A stretch of 64,000 bases of DNA, from positions 4,961 to 68,960 of the forward strand of contig VBHA01000065.1 of NCBI GenBank assembly GCA_005889495.1, written 5' to 3'. The notes under the pieces were generated by a model that did not search any database, had not been told where the DNA came from, and worked only from the letters and a program-made list of their open reading frames with translations. Positions 42,696 through 53,077 of the stretch are shown here, piece after piece; position 1 is the first letter of the stretch, and every line of letters begins with the position of its first letter. Source of the DNA: Chloroflexota bacterium (lineage in GTDB: Bacteria > Chloroflexota > Dormibacteria > Dormibacterales > Dormibacteraceae). Both the position numbers and the translations under genes were made by a program.

Positions 42696-43910
42696 TTGAC
42701 CGTCGCTCGCGACGTGGTCGTCATGACCACGCACGACATCGGCCGGCACCTCCATTCGTACGGCCGCACCGGTGTGAGGAGCCCGAACCTGGACGCGCTC
42801 GCGGCCGGCGGTGTGCTGTTCGCGCAAGCATTCGCCACGGCTCCGCAGTGCAGTCCCAGCCGCGCGAGCCTTGCAAGCGGGATGTATCCGCACAACAACG
42901 GGGTGATGGGTCTTGCCCATCGCGGGTTCGACTGGGACCTGGCCGTGCCGCACGTGGCGGCCGTTTTCGTGGGCAACGGCTTTCAGAGCCATCTGTTCGT
43001 GGGCCAGCACGTCTCCCAGCACCCAGAGCGTCTGGGGTTCGGGCACATCCATGCGGATGCGGCGCTCGACGAGGTGTTGGCGACCCCTGATCGGCTCTAT
43101 CTCGAGATCAACTTCGAAGAGACGCACAGGCCCTATCCGCCGGCCGGCAAACCCCCGGCCGGGCTCGTCATTCCCGGGTACCTGCCTGACATCCCGGAGG
43201 CGCTGGAGGAGATGGCGGCCGCAGAACAGACCATCGCCGCGATGGACCTGGCGGTGGGGAGGGTTCTGGAGGCGCTCGAGCGGGCAGGCCGCGCCCGCGA
43301 CGCGCTCGTGATCTTCACGACCGACCACGGGCTGGCCATGCCCCGGGCCAAGTGCACTCTCTACGATCCCGGGCTCGAGGTGGCGCTGATTGCGCGCTGG
43401 CCTGGAGGGGGCGTTTCGGGCGGCATGGTGCGCGAGGAGATGGTGAGCAACCTGGATGTCCTGCCGACTCTGCTCGAGGCTGCGGGCCTGGCGGTGCCAA
43501 AAGAGGTGCAAGGCCACTCCCTGCTGTCCGCCGGCGGTCGCGACGCGATCTTCGCGGAGAAGACCTTTCACAGCTACTACGACCCCATGCGCTGCGTGCG
43601 CACGCGCCGCCACAAGCTCATCCGCAACTTCGAGATGGCATTCGCGGTCGAGGTGCCGGGCGACATCCAGGCCGGCCCGATCTTTCGCGCTGACCCGACG
43701 CGATACTCGAAGGACCGCGCCAGCCTGGTGGAGCTGTATGACCTCGAGGCCGACCCGCTCGAGCAGCGAAATCTCGCGGGCACGAAAGATGTTGCAGGCA
43801 TCGAGGAGCGACTCAGCGCCGAGCTCTGGAGATGGATGCGGGAAACGAACGACCCCTTGCTGAACGGACCGATCGCCTCGCCGCGCTATCGACTGGCGAT
43901 GGAGTCCTAG
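42696..43910 (+). CDS. Cys-type sulfatase family protein
   Basis: APQCSPSRASLASGMYPHNNG carries the C-x-P-x-R formylglycine motif. FTTDHG is also present. Confidence 0.9.
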   Translation: MTVARDVVVMTTHDIGRHLHSYGRTGVRSPNLDALAAGGVLFAQAFATAPQCSPSRASLASGMYPHNNGVMGLAHRGFDWDLAVPHVAAVFVGNGFQSHLFVGQHVSQHPERLGFGHIHADAALDEVLATPDRLYLEINFEETHRPYPPAGKPPAGLVIPGYLPDIPEALEEMAAAEQTIAAMDLAVGRVLEALERAGRARDALVIFTTDHGLAMPRAKCTLYDPGLEVALIARWPGGGVSGGMVREEMVSNLDVLPTLLEAAGLAVPKEVQGHSLLSAGGRDAIFAEKTFHSYYDPMRCVRTRRHKLIRNFEMAFAVEVPGDIQAGPIFRADPTRYSKDRASLVELYDLEADPLEQRNLAGTKDVAGIEERLSAELWRWMRETNDPLLNGPIASPRYRLAMES

Positions 43911-43939
43911 GCCGGCGTTCGATCAAGCCCTCCTGATCC

Positions 43940-45070
43940 TTGACCGAAATCACGATGCGACCCAGCCCGGTCCGGCTGACCGTGCCTGCGATCGCCTCCA
44001 TCGCGGCGGCATTCCTGCTCATGGGCATGGTCGTCGCGGGGTACGGCCCCCTGTTCGAGCACCTGAGCCGGCGCTTCGGTGTCAGCCTCCCGGTCGCGGG
44101 CGCGACGATCAGCGTCTACTTCGCGGGCTCGCTGCCGGGGGTGCTCATCGCCATGCGCTCATTCGAGCGGCTTTCCGCCCGCCTGATCGTGACGGTGGCG
44201 ATGGCGGTCTCGAGCCTCGGCCTCGTGGCCGCGGCGCTGGCCTTCGTCTGGCCGCTCTATCTCGCGGCGGTGTTCGTGGTCGGCCTCGGCTTCGGCGCCC
44301 TCGTCCTCGGCCTGAACCAGCTCGTCGCCTACAGCGAGGGCCGCAGGCGGGCGGCGTTGCTCAACGCGCTCAACAGCTGCTACTCGGCCGGAGCGGTCGC
44401 CGGCCCGGTGCTCGTCGCCGCATTCGCGTCGGCTCACTTTTCCGTCCTGTACCTGGTGGCCGCGGCCGCCTGGCTGGCGCTCATCCCCGGCGCGGCCGGG
44501 ATCTCGGGGCGGCTGCCGGTGAGCGTGGGCACGCCCGCGCGCCCCGCCGCCCTGGTGGGCATCTTCATCCTGGCGTTCGTGCTGTACGTCGGACTCGAGA
44601 ACGGGACGGGCGGATGGATGACCTCGCACCTCGAGTCGACCGGCCTGCAGTCGAGCACCGCTGCGACCGTCACGTCCGGCTTCTGGCTCGCGCTGGTCAC
44701 GGGCCGGCTCCTCATGCTGCTCGTGCCGTCCTCCGTCTCGGAAGCCCAGATCGTCCTGGCTGGGTCGGTGCTCTGCACGCTGGCCCTGCTGGTGGCCACG
44801 GTCGGCTCTGCGGCGCCCGTGGCCTACGTCGTCGCCGGGTTTGCGATGGCCCCGATCTTTCCGACCGGAATCGTCTGGCTCGCCAGGCTCAGGCCCGGCG
44901 ACTCGCGGGCCACGTCGTGGCTCTTCCCGGCGGCGTCGATCGGCGGCACCGCCGGTCCGGGCCTGATCGGGATCGTCATCGCCAACGCCGGCGTGGCCTG
45001 GGCCCCTGCCGTGCTTGCGCTGGTTGCCCTCGGCATGCTCGCCGCCTTCGTCGTGGCGGCTAGACGATGA
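43940..45070 (+). CDS. MFS transporter
   Basis: Twelve hydrophobic segments. The start is TTG 43940 or ATG 43955. Confidence 0.8.
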   Translation: MTEITMRPSPVRLTVPAIASIAAAFLLMGMVVAGYGPLFEHLSRRFGVSLPVAGATISVYFAGSLPGVLIAMRSFERLSARLIVTVAMAVSSLGLVAAALAFVWPLYLAAVFVVGLGFGALVLGLNQLVAYSEGRRRAALLNALNSCYSAGAVAGPVLVAAFASAHFSVLYLVAAAAWLALIPGAAGISGRLPVSVGTPARPAALVGIFILAFVLYVGLENGTGGWMTSHLESTGLQSSTAATVTSGFWLALVTGRLLMLLVPSSVSEAQIVLAGSVLCTLALLVATVGSAAPVAYVVAGFAMAPIFPTGIVWLARLRPGDSRATSWLFPAASIGGTAGPGLIGIVIANAGVAWAPAVLALVALGMLAAFVVAARR

Positions 45071-45968
45071 GCGGGCGGAGGGTATCCCGCGCGAGCAAGA
45101 AGCCGCGCCGGACGAGCTCGAGGTCGCCCTCGAAGCGGCGGTCCTCGTGCTCGATCGAGACCACCCAGTCATAGCCGATCGCGTAGAGCGAGCTCAAAAA
45201 GCGGTCCCACCGCACCTCGCCCAGGCCGGGAAGACGCGGGACCTGCCAGCCCTTGCCTAGCGAGAGCACCCCCTGCTCGTAGAGTCCCTCGCGATCCACC
45301 TCCATGTCCTTGGCGTGGACGTGGAAGATGCGCGGCGCAAACTCGCGCACCGCGCGCGTGTAGTCGATGAACTGCCACACCAGGTGCGAGGGGTCGAAGT
45401 TGAGGCCGAAATTCTCGTCCGGTATGGCCTCGAACATGCGCCGCCACGACGCGGGCGAGTAGGCGAGGTTGCGTCCCCCGGGCCACTCGTCGTCGGAAAA
45501 GATCATCGGGCAGTTCTCGATCGCGATCCGGACCCCGCGCTCGCGAGCGAAGCGGACTAGAGGCGGCCAGACCCGCTCGAAGTCCTTGAAGCTCTCGGCG
45601 ACGGTGCGGTGCTGGTCGCGGCCGACGAAAGTGCCGACGATCCCGACCTCCAGGCGCTGCGCGGCTTCGATGACGCGGCGGAGATGGTCATTCGCGGCCT
45701 CGCGCGTCGCACCGTCGGGGTCGAGGTTGTTCGGGTAGTAGGCGAGCGAGGAGATCTCGAGGTTGTAGCGCGCGAGCAGCTTGCGAACGGCCTTGGGGTC
45801 GAAGTCCTCGACGTCGATGTGACACACCCCGGCATAACGGCGCCGCTCGCCCGCGCTCGACGGCCAGCATGCGATCTCGAGCGCCTCGAAGGAGCTCTCG
45901 TGCGCCCAGCGCGCGACCTCCTCCAGGCTCGAATCGGGGAAGGCGGCGGTGAGCAGCCCGAGCTTCAA
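45060..45968 (-). CDS. sugar phosphate isomerase/epimerase (xylose isomerase-like TIM barrel)
   Basis: Motifs IAIENCP, FDPSHL, HVHAKD and SIEHED. TTG 45968 overlaps the upstream stop (TTGA). Confidence 0.85.
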   Translation of the reverse strand: MKLGLLTAAFPDSSLEEVARWAHESSFEALEIACWPSSAGERRRYAGVCHIDVEDFDPKAVRKLLARYNLEISSLAYYPNNLDPDGATREAANDHLRRVIEAAQRLEVGIVGTFVGRDQHRTVAESFKDFERVWPPLVRFARERGVRIAIENCPMIFSDDEWPGGRNLAYSPASWRRMFEAIPDENFGLNFDPSHLVWQFIDYTRAVREFAPRIFHVHAKDMEVDREGLYEQGVLSLGKGWQVPRLPGLGEVRWDRFLSSLYAIGYDWVVSIEHEDRRFEGDLELVRRGFLLARDTLRPLIV

Positions 45969-47080
45969 TTCGCCACCCCGACCGAGCGCCGCCCAACCTC
46001 GGTCCAGCGCTGCTCCCGGGAGCTGAGCGCGACCGCCTCGCAGACCAGCATCGCGTCGTGCCCATCGGCGAACGTCGGGTAGCCGCGGCCCGGCTTGCCG
46101 GCCGCGACCGCTTGATACACGGCCGCGTAGAGCGCGCGGAACGTGTCCGCAAAGCCTTCCGCGTGGCCACCGGGCAGGTAGGTGCCGCGGCGGCCGTCCT
46201 CGTTCAGGATCGCCGGGTCGCGCAGGAGCAGCTCGTTGTTGCGCCCGCGGTGGCCGATCCACAGCTCGTCGGGGCGCTCCGAGTTCCAGGCCGCGGCCGA
46301 GGTCGAGCCGTCGAGCTCGTAGGCAAGGGAGTTCTTGCGGCCGGGGCTGACCTGGGAAACGGTCAGCGCGCCTCGCGCCCCGCCCTCGTAGCGGAGAAGG
46401 ATCGTCGCCGCGTCCTCAGTCCTGACTTCCTGTCCTCGCCTCTGCTTGACGAAGGTCGACAGGTCGGCCATCACCGAGACGATGTTCCTGCCCGTCAGGA
46501 AGGAGGTCATGTCCATCCAGTGCGAACCGATGTCCGCGACCGCGCGCAGGTCGCCGCCGAGGGCGGGGTCGAGCCGCCAGTTCCAGTCGGTGTCGAGGAG
46601 GAGCCAGTCCTGGAGGTAGTGCCCAGAGACCAGGCGCACGTCACCCAGCTCGCCCGCCGCGACCATGCCGTGCACATGCTGGCAGAGAGGGTAGAAGCGC
46701 AGGTTGTAGTTGACGGCGTGCACCCGACCACCGCCCTCAGCGATCCGAAGGAGGTCGGCCGTCTCGGCCGAGGTCATGGCGAGGGGCTTCTCGCAGACGA
46801 CGTGCTTGCCCGCTTCGAGCGCGGCCTTCGCCTGCTCGTGGTGGAGGTGGTTCGGCGAGGTGATGTGGACGACGTCCACCCGCCGGTCGTCGAGCATGGC
46901 CTGGAAGCTCTCATACGCGGGCGGCAGGCCGAGCTCGCGCGCCCGTGCGGCGGCCCGCTCATGGCTCGATCCGACCACCCCGTGGACCTCCACACCGAGG
47001 CGTCGGAGCGCGTCCACGTGCACGACGCCGATGAAACCGGTGCCGACCACGGCGGCGCCGATCTCTCCAATGGCCTTCAC
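45965..47080 (-). CDS. Gfo/Idh/MocA-family oxidoreductase
   Basis: Motifs [24 protein letters not shown] and [12 protein letters not shown] 47080 overlaps the ThuA stop (GTGA). Confidence 0.9.
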   Translation of the reverse strand: MKAIGEIGAAVVGTGFIGVVHVDALRRLGVEVHGVVGSSHERAAARARELGLPPAYESFQAMLDDRRVDVVHITSPNHLHHEQAKAALEAGKHVVCEKPLAMTSAETADLLRIAEGGGRVHAVNYNLRFYPLCQHVHGMVAAGELGDVRLVSGHYLQDWLLLDTDWNWRLDPALGGDLRAVADIGSHWMDMTSFLTGRNIVSVMADLSTFVKQRRGQEVRTEDAATILLRYEGGARGALTVSQVSPGRKNSLAYELDGSTSAAAWNSERPDELWIGHRGRNNELLLRDPAILNEDGRRGTYLPGGHAEGFADTFRALYAAVYQAVAAGKPGRGYPTFADGHDAMLVCEAVALSSREQRWTEVGRRSVGVAN

Positions 47081-47832
47081 ATATACCAGTTTCGCTGGCG
47101 GTTGCCCTCGCGTGCCGAAGGCTGATCGTTGGGGCTCGCCGCGCCCCCGCACCACGCGACTGCATTGGCGATGACCCGCTGCACCTCACGCTGGTGATAC
47201 ACGGGGTACTCCTGGTCCCCCGGGCTGAAGTAGAACACCCGCCCGGCGCCGCGGTAGTAGCAGCACCCGCCCCGAAACACCTCGCCGCCTTCGAACGAGC
47301 TGATGAAGACGAGCTCGTCGGGAGGCGGGATATCGAAGAACTCGCCGTACATCTCCTGGTGCGGGATGACGATCGGCTGCGGGACGCCGGCAGCGATTGG
47401 ATGGGAGGGGTTCACGGTCCAGACCAGCTCGCGCTCGCCGCCCTCGTCGGAGCGCCAGATCAGCGAGCAGGTGGTGCCCATCAGGCGCCGAAAGATCTTC
47501 GAGTAATGGGCCGAGTGGAGGAGCACGATGCCCATGCCCTCGAGCACCCGCGCGTGCACCCGCTCCACGACCTCGTCGGAGACTTCGTCGTGCGCCGCAT
47601 GCCCCCACCAGGTCATGACGTCGGTGCCCGCGAGGACCTCCGGCGTCAGGCCATGGTCGTGCTCGTTCAGCGTGGCGACGCGGACGGAGACTTCTCCCGC
47701 GAGCTCGCGCCGCAGCCCTTCGACGATCGGCGCGTGCATGCCGTCGGGATAGATCTTCGTGACCGACGGCTCGCGCCGCTCGTGGACATGCTCGTTCCAG
47801 ACGGTGACGTTGAGGTGTCGCCCCACCGCCAT
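47077..47832 (-). CDS. thuA: ThuA-domain (trehalose-utilisation-like) protein
   Basis: Full-length ThuA-like sequence ([32 protein letters not shown]). Confidence 0.85.
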   Translation of the reverse strand: MAVGRHLNVTVWNEHVHERREPSVTKIYPDGMHAPIVEGLRRELAGEVSVRVATLNEHDHGLTPEVLAGTDVMTWWGHAAHDEVSDEVVERVHARVLEGMGIVLLHSAHYSKIFRRLMGTTCSLIWRSDEGGERELVWTVNPSHPIAAGVPQPIVIPHQEMYGEFFDIPPPDELVFISSFEGGEVFRGGCCYYRGAGRVFYFSPGDQEYPVYHQREVQRVIANAVAWCGGAASPNDQPSAREGNRQRNWYM

Positions 47833-47844
47833 CTACTGGGGCAT

Positions 47845-48891
47845 TCAGACGGCCAGCGCTTCGCCGGTCCGGTAGATCGATACGGGCTCGTGCACCGTCG
47901 CCGACTCGACGGCGGCGGCGACGAACGCGACAGTGCCGAGGTTGTGGCGACCAGACGTTTCCGGCTCGCGCCCTGTCCGCACGGCGTCGGCAAACTCGGT
48001 GACAGTCGCCCAGGGCCCCGTGCGCGCCATCGGGCGCAGCGTCGCCGAGCGAGGCCTGCCGGAGCGCGGCCGGATCACCACCTTGTCGTGGGCCATGTCA
48101 TCGTCGCGGTTGGTCCAGAAGACCTCCCCGTGCTCGAACTCGAGGCTCCACTGCCCGCCCCACGGGGTCACGGGCCCGGCGCTGATCCAGCTGCCGCGGT
48201 AGCCGACGACGAGCCCAGGGAACACGATCGAGGCGACTGTTGCCGACGGACCGCTGAACGCGGTCCACTTCGGGTTCCACGCCTCGCAGTAGATCCTCTC
48301 CGGCTCGCTGTTGACGATCATTCGCAGCAGGTCGAAGTGGTGGATCGACATGTCCACCAGCAGCGGCTGCTCTTCCAGGTGGTGGCGGCCGCGGCCGTTG
48401 GGGCCAATCGTCGAGTAGCGCCGGAAGTCGATCGAGACCTCGTGCAGCCTTCCTAGCGACTGCTCGCGTACGAGCGCCGCGATCGCGCGCGGGGCTGGGA
48501 AATAGCGGTAGTTCTGGCTGACCATCAACACCAGGCCGGCGCGGGCGGCCACGTCCACGAGCTCCTGGGCGGCGCCGATGCTGGGCGCGAACGGCTTCTC
48601 GACCAGGACGTGCAGCCCCGCCTCGAGCGCGGCCCGCGTCACGGGCACGTGGCCCGGCAGCGCCGTGGTATTGAGGATCGCCTCCGGTTTCGTCGCGGTG
48701 ATCGCCTCCCTCAGCGACTCGAAGACCATGCCCGGCCGGGGATTGAGCTCCTGGCGCAAGAGGTCGAGCGCGTGGGGGTCGGAGTCGACGTAGGCTACGA
48801 GCTCGACCTCGCCTACGTCTGGGATCACCCGCCTGGCCCAACCGCGGCCGTGCGTGCCCAGGCCGACCTGCGCGATTCGCAGCGGATTCAC
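47845..48891 (-). CDS. Gfo/Idh/MocA-family oxidoreductase (ThuB-like position)
   Basis: IAQVGLGTHGRGW and HVLVEKPFA are present. Start taken at GTG 48891; the ORF extends to 48984. Confidence 0.85.
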   Translation of the reverse strand: MNPLRIAQVGLGTHGRGWARRVIPDVGEVELVAYVDSDPHALDLLRQELNPRPGMVFESLREAITATKPEAILNTTALPGHVPVTRAALEAGLHVLVEKPFAPSIGAAQELVDVAARAGLVLMVSQNYRYFPAPRAIAALVREQSLGRLHEVSIDFRRYSTIGPNGRGRHHLEEQPLLVDMSIHHFDLLRMIVNSEPERIYCEAWNPKWTAFSGPSATVASIVFPGLVVGYRGSWISAGPVTPWGGQWSLEFEHGEVFWTNRDDDMAHDKVVIRPRSGRPRSATLRPMARTGPWATVTEFADAVRTGREPETSGRHNLGTVAFVAAAVESATVHEPVSIYRTGEALAV

Positions 48892-49029
48892 GGCCGAAAT
48901 GATGCGTGAGCGCTCCGCGATTTCATCCCGGTTAGAACGAGAATCGCAGCGATGGGTTTCGTCCAGGTCGACGAGGTTTCGCACGATGCCGGAAACCCCG
49001 CCGACGTCTACGCGGAGTCTTACGACGGG

Positions 49030-50106
49030 TCAGGTTCTCGGGCGACCGGCTCGGCGAGCTCGACGCTCGCGGCCTGGAGCTGACGAAGCGGGCGCTGTCG
49101 ATCCGCGCGTGATCAGGTGCACCGGCAGCACGACCATGGTCGTCCTCGGGCGACCGCCGTCGACGAGCTTGAGAAGGAGGCGCATCGCCTCGGCGCCGAT
49201 CTCGTAGAACGGCACGCGCACGGTCGTCAACGGGGGCGTTGTGTACGCGGCGCTGTCCAGGCCGTCGCACCCGACCACCGAGCACTCCTCCGGCAGCCGT
49301 CTTCCTGTCGCGCGGAGCGCTGCCAGCGCGCCGACGGCAACCAGGTCGTGCTGGCAGAAGATGGCGGTGACGTCCGGCCGCCGCTCGAGCAGTCGGGGCA
49401 GCACCGCGAGACCGCCGGCGACCTCGGCGCCCGCCTCCTCCACGAGGCTGTCCGATGTCTCCAGGCCCGACTCCTCGAGCGCCCTCCGGTACCCAGCCTC
49501 GCGGCTCTGCGTCAGGCGGTGGCCGCGCAAACCGGTCAAAGCGCCTATCACACGATGGCCTAGCTCGACGAGGTGACGGGTCGCCAGGTATCCGGCCTGC
49601 TCGTCATCGGGGCAGACCGTCGTCACGGGGTCGCCGGCGATGTGGTTCAGGCTCACCACGGGCAGCGTGCGGTCGAGGACGTGGCTCAGCGCACTGTCCT
49701 CCTCCATCTGCGGGGCGGCCAGAAGGATGCCGTCCACGCGGCGCTCCATCATCGCCGGCAGCGCGTACTCGGTCCCCGAGCCCTCGGGCTCGACGCTGGT
49801 CAGCATCAGCCCGTACCCCTGCCGGCGCGCCTCCTGCTCCGCTCCCGCGAGACACCGGCTGAGGCCCGGGTCGCTGAAATCGCCGGTGATCAGGCCGATG
49901 GTGCGCGTGCGCTGCATGACCAGGCTGCGGGCCTGGAGGTTGGGGACATAGCCGAGGTCGCTCGCGGCCCGGATGATTCGCGCCCTGGTCGCCTCCGACA
50001 CGGACCCGCCACCGTTCAGCACCTTGCTGGTGGTCTGGAAGCTGACCCCGGAGCGGGCCGCCACGTCCTTGACGGAGACGTGCCTCGTGGGCCTGCGCAC
50101 CCTCAC
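49030..50106 (-). CDS. LacI-family transcriptional regulator
   Basis: The HTH is VSVKDVAARSGVSFQTTSKVLNG, followed by a periplasmic-binding-fold core. The likely start is GTG 50106 or 50100. The ORF maximum (TTG 50145) would run through the operator. Confidence 0.9.
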   Translation of the reverse strand: MRVRRPTRHVSVKDVAARSGVSFQTTSKVLNGGGSVSEATRARIIRAASDLGYVPNLQARSLVMQRTRTIGLITGDFSDPGLSRCLAGAEQEARRQGYGLMLTSVEPEGSGTEYALPAMMERRVDGILLAAPQMEEDSALSHVLDRTLPVVSLNHIAGDPVTTVCPDDEQAGYLATRHLVELGHRVIGALTGLRGHRLTQSREAGYRRALEESGLETSDSLVEEAGAEVAGGLAVLPRLLERRPDVTAIFCQHDLVAVGALAALRATGRRLPEECSVVGCDGLDSAAYTTPPLTTVRVPFYEIGAEAMRLLLKLVDGGRPRTTMVVLPVHLITRGSTAPASSAPGRERRARRAGRPRT

Positions 50107-50129
50107 GCTCCGGGTATTATGCGCGGGCA

Positions 50130-50141
50130 GCGAACGTTCGC
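50130..50141. promoter_or_regulatory. candidate LacI-family operator GCGAACGTTCGC (second copy)
   Basis: A perfect 12-bp palindrome lies between the divergent LacI gene (start ~50106) and GH2 (start 50170). It is identical to 39230-39241. Confidence 0.55.
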
Positions 50142-50169
50142 CCAACCGTCGATTCGGTGGAGGTGAAGC

Positions 50170-51792
50170 GTGGGATCCCGGACCCAGTACCCCCGGCCCA
50201 GCCTCCGGCGAGAGGCCTGGGCGAGCCTCGACGGCGAGTGGGAATTCGGCGCGGGCGAGCGGCCGGAGTTCGACCGGAGGATCGAGGTCCCTTTCTGTCC
50301 CGAGTCAGAGCTGTCGGGGATCGGCGAGAGGGTGGGCGACGTGGTCTGGTATCGCAGGCGCTTCGACGCCCCGCCGGCCGAACGGCTGCTCCTCCATTTC
50401 GGCGCGGTGGACTACTGGGCGACTGTGTGGGTCAACGACGTCGAGGTCGCGCGCCACGAGGGCGGCCACAGCCCCTTTACCGCCGACATCACCGGCGCCG
50501 TCCATGCGCGCGACAACCTGGTCGTTGTCCGCTCCGAGGACTCACTCGGCGACAGGACGATCCCGCGGGGCAAGCAGTACTGGAAGGAGGAGCCCGAGGG
50601 GATCTTCTACACCGCCACGACGGGGATCTGGCAGAGCGTGTGGCTCGAGCCGCTGCCTGAGCGCCACGTCACCCAACTGGCATTGACGCCTGACCTGCCG
50701 CACAGGTTCGTCGACTTCCAGGTCGACGCCGGGGCCGTCATCGTCGTGCGCTTCGAGGGCGACGTGGTGGGAAGGTCGACCGGCGAGCCGCTTGGCCGCA
50801 TCGCGCTCGAGCGCGTCGAGCCATGGCATCCAGGCTCGCCGCGCCTGTACGACGTCGAGGTCACCTACCGCGGCGACCGGGTGGAAACGTACTTCGGCCT
50901 GCGCTCCGTCGAGGCTCGCGACGGGCGGTTCTGGCTCAACGGCGAGCCCTTCGTCCAGAGGCTCGTGCTCGACCAGGGGTACTTTCCGGGCGGGCTCTTG
51001 ACCGCGGCCACGGACGACGACCTCCGCCGCGACATCGAGCTGGCGAAGGCCCTCGGCTTCGACGGGGCCCGCAAGCACCAGAAGGCCGAGGACCCGCGCT
51101 GGCTCTATTGGGCGGACCGGCTGGGCTTCCTCGTTTGGGCGGAGATGCCGAGCTTCTACGAGCACACACCGATGGCCGAGAACCGGCTGGTAACCGAATG
51201 GAGCCGGCTCGTACACCGCGACCTCCACCATCCGTGCGTGGTCGCGTGGGTGGTGGCCAACGAGAGCTTTGGCCTGGACGGTGACCCGCCTGAGCACCGC
51301 TCCAGGCTCACCGAGCAGATGTATCGCCTCACCCACGCGATGGACCCCTCCAGGCCGGTTGTGTCCAACGACGGCTGGGAGCACTCCCGAAGTGACCTGT
51401 GCACGATCCATGACTATTCGCCTCCGGCGGACCTGGCGCGGCGCTACCGCACCCTCGAGACCGCGCTCGACGGAACCGCCGCCGGCCACCCGATCTACGA
51501 CCCCCCTCACGGCCACCACGGCGAGCCCGTCATCGTCAGCGAGTTCGGCGGCCTTCGGCAAGCAGGTTCGGGTGGCTGGGGCTGGCTCGAGGTCGCGGAC
51601 GAGAGGGAGTTCGTGAGCTCGTACCGGAGCCTGGTCCAGGCACTGATGGATCCTGGACCGGTCGAGGGCTTCTGCTACACCCAACTCACCGACGTCGAGC
51701 AGGAGCAGAACGGGCTGCTGACGGCCGACCGCAAACCGAAGGTCGACCCCTCATCATTGCGGCCCATCACCGAGCTCGCCAAGCGCAGATGA
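50170..51792 (+). CDS. GH2-family glycoside hydrolase
   Basis: GTG 50170 lies after GGTGGAGGTGAAG. Motifs WYRRRF, VWVNDVEVARHEGGHSPF, VANESFG and VSEFGG are present. Confidence 0.85.
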   Translation: MGSRTQYPRPSLRREAWASLDGEWEFGAGERPEFDRRIEVPFCPESELSGIGERVGDVVWYRRRFDAPPAERLLLHFGAVDYWATVWVNDVEVARHEGGHSPFTADITGAVHARDNLVVVRSEDSLGDRTIPRGKQYWKEEPEGIFYTATTGIWQSVWLEPLPERHVTQLALTPDLPHRFVDFQVDAGAVIVVRFEGDVVGRSTGEPLGRIALERVEPWHPGSPRLYDVEVTYRGDRVETYFGLRSVEARDGRFWLNGEPFVQRLVLDQGYFPGGLLTAATDDDLRRDIELAKALGFDGARKHQKAEDPRWLYWADRLGFLVWAEMPSFYEHTPMAENRLVTEWSRLVHRDLHHPCVVAWVVANESFGLDGDPPEHRSRLTEQMYRLTHAMDPSRPVVSNDGWEHSRSDLCTIHDYSPPADLARRYRTLETALDGTAAGHPIYDPPHGHHGEPVIVSEFGGLRQAGSGGWGWLEVADEREFVSSYRSLVQALMDPGPVEGFCYTQLTDVEQEQNGLLTADRKPKVDPSSLRPITELAKRR

Positions 51793-51953
51793 AACTGCAA
51801 CCGCCGCCGCCGGCCGAAGAGGAAGACGAGTCCGCGTCCCGGAGATCGGACCTGGACAAAGCGCTGAGGGCGCTGCTCGTGGACGAGGCCCGGGTGAAGA
51901 TCGACCCCGCGACGGGGGAGATCCTCAGCAGCGACGGCGAAAATCGGCCTTGA
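51789..51953 (+). CDS. possible 54-aa small protein coupled to GH2
   Basis: I translated it by hand as MKLQPPPPAEEEDESASRRSDLDKALRALLVDEARVKIDPATGEILSSDGENRP. The ATG overlaps the GH2 stop (ATGA). It is below the ORF-track size cutoff. Confidence 0.25.
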   Translation: MKLQPPPPAEEEDESASRRSDLDKALRALLVDEARVKIDPATGEILSSDGENRP

Positions 51954-51983
51954 CAGATCATCAGGACCCTCTTACGATCGGAT

Positions 51984-52006
51984 AAACCGCTTTACTAAAG
52001 CGGTTT
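51984..52006. promoter_or_regulatory. candidate LacI-family operator AAACCGCTTTA-C-TAAAGCGGTTT
   Basis: Perfect 11-bp inverted arms lie about 40 nt upstream of the second LacI gene. Confidence 0.55.
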
Positions 52007-52045
52007 TCGAGGGGAGCGGCTAACCGATGCCTGGAGCCTTCTTGG

Positions 52046-53077
52046 GTGTCCCGGGTCACCATCGCTGACGTGGCCAGCGCGGCCGGCGTTTCCAAGACGG
52101 CCGTGTCCTTCGCCTTCAACAGCCCCGGACGCCTCGGCCACGCCACGCTGGAGCGAGTCCTCGGCGTCGCCCATGACCTCGGCTACGCGCCCCACCCGGC
52201 GGCGCGCGCGCTCTCGATGCGCCGGAGCGGCACGATCGGGGTGCTCATCCCTCAGCGGCTGTCGGCCGTCTTCGCGAACCCCTTCATGAGCGAGCTCATC
52301 CAGGGCCTCGGCGAGCTGTGCGAGGAGCACGACCTGACCCTGCTGCTGGTGCCCCCGCTGGACGGCTCGCTCGAAAGCGCCATCCGCCACGCGTCGGTCG
52401 ACGGTTTCATAAGCCTCGGCCTCAGCCCCGACGACCGGGCGCTCGAGGTCCTGGACGGCATCGGCATCCCGACAGTGCTGATCGACTCCGACGAGTCGTC
52501 GACGCACCCGGTCGTCAACGTCGACGACAGGGGCGGGGCCCACGCCGCCGCGAGCCATCTCCTGGGGTTGGGCCATAGGCAGCTGGCGATCGTCGTCCTG
52601 CCGCCCGCACGTGCCCAGATGAGCTACACGCCGACCGCGACCCGGCGGCTGGCCGGGTACAACGCGGCCATCGAAGCAGCCGGGATGCCTCCGCCGCGGC
52701 CGGTCACCGCGGGCATCTCGGTCGCCGCCGGCATCCGCGCCTTCGAATCGCTGCCCGTCGGCAAGCGCCGGCCGACCGGCGTGTTGGTGATGAGCGACAT
52801 GGCGGCGATCGGCGTCATGAACGCGGCCCGCACGGCGGGCATGCGCGTGCCCGACGACCTGTCGGTCGTCGGCTTCGACGATCTACCGTTCTCCGCATGG
52901 ACCAATCCGCCGCTGACGACCGTCCGCCAGCCGATCGTGGAGAAGGGGCGCATGGCCGCCCGGATGTTGATCGACCGCATGAAAGGCAAGGGCATCGACT
53001 CGCCCGCGCCGCTGGGCACCACGCTCGTGGTCCGAGCCTCGACGTCGGAAAGTGGCAAACTCGGATTTGCCAATTAG
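52046..53077 (+). CDS. LacI-family transcriptional regulator
   Basis: The HTH is VTIADVASAAGVSKTAVSFAFNSPGRL, followed by a sugar-binding core. Confidence 0.9.
   Translation: MSRVTIADVASAAGVSKTAVSFAFNSPGRLGHATLERVLGVAHDLGYAPHPAARALSMRRSGTIGVLIPQRLSAVFANPFMSELIQGLGELCEEHDLTLLLVPPLDGSLESAIRHASVDGFISLGLSPDDRALEVLDGIGIPTVLIDSDESSTHPVVNVDDRGGAHAAASHLLGLGHRQLAIVVLPPARAQMSYTPTATRRLAGYNAAIEAAGMPPPRPVTAGISVAAGIRAFESLPVGKRRPTGVLVMSDMAAIGVMNAARTAGMRVPDDLSVVGFDDLPFSAWTNPPLTTVRQPIVEKGRMAARMLIDRMKGKGIDSPAPLGTTLVVRASTSESGKLGFAN

Noticed and set aside
50115-50120. TATTAT upstream of the GH2 operator, as a possible -10 box.
   Set aside because: There is no acceptable -35 hexamer at 16-18 nt spacing (the sequence there is CCTGCG), so I did not call a promoter.
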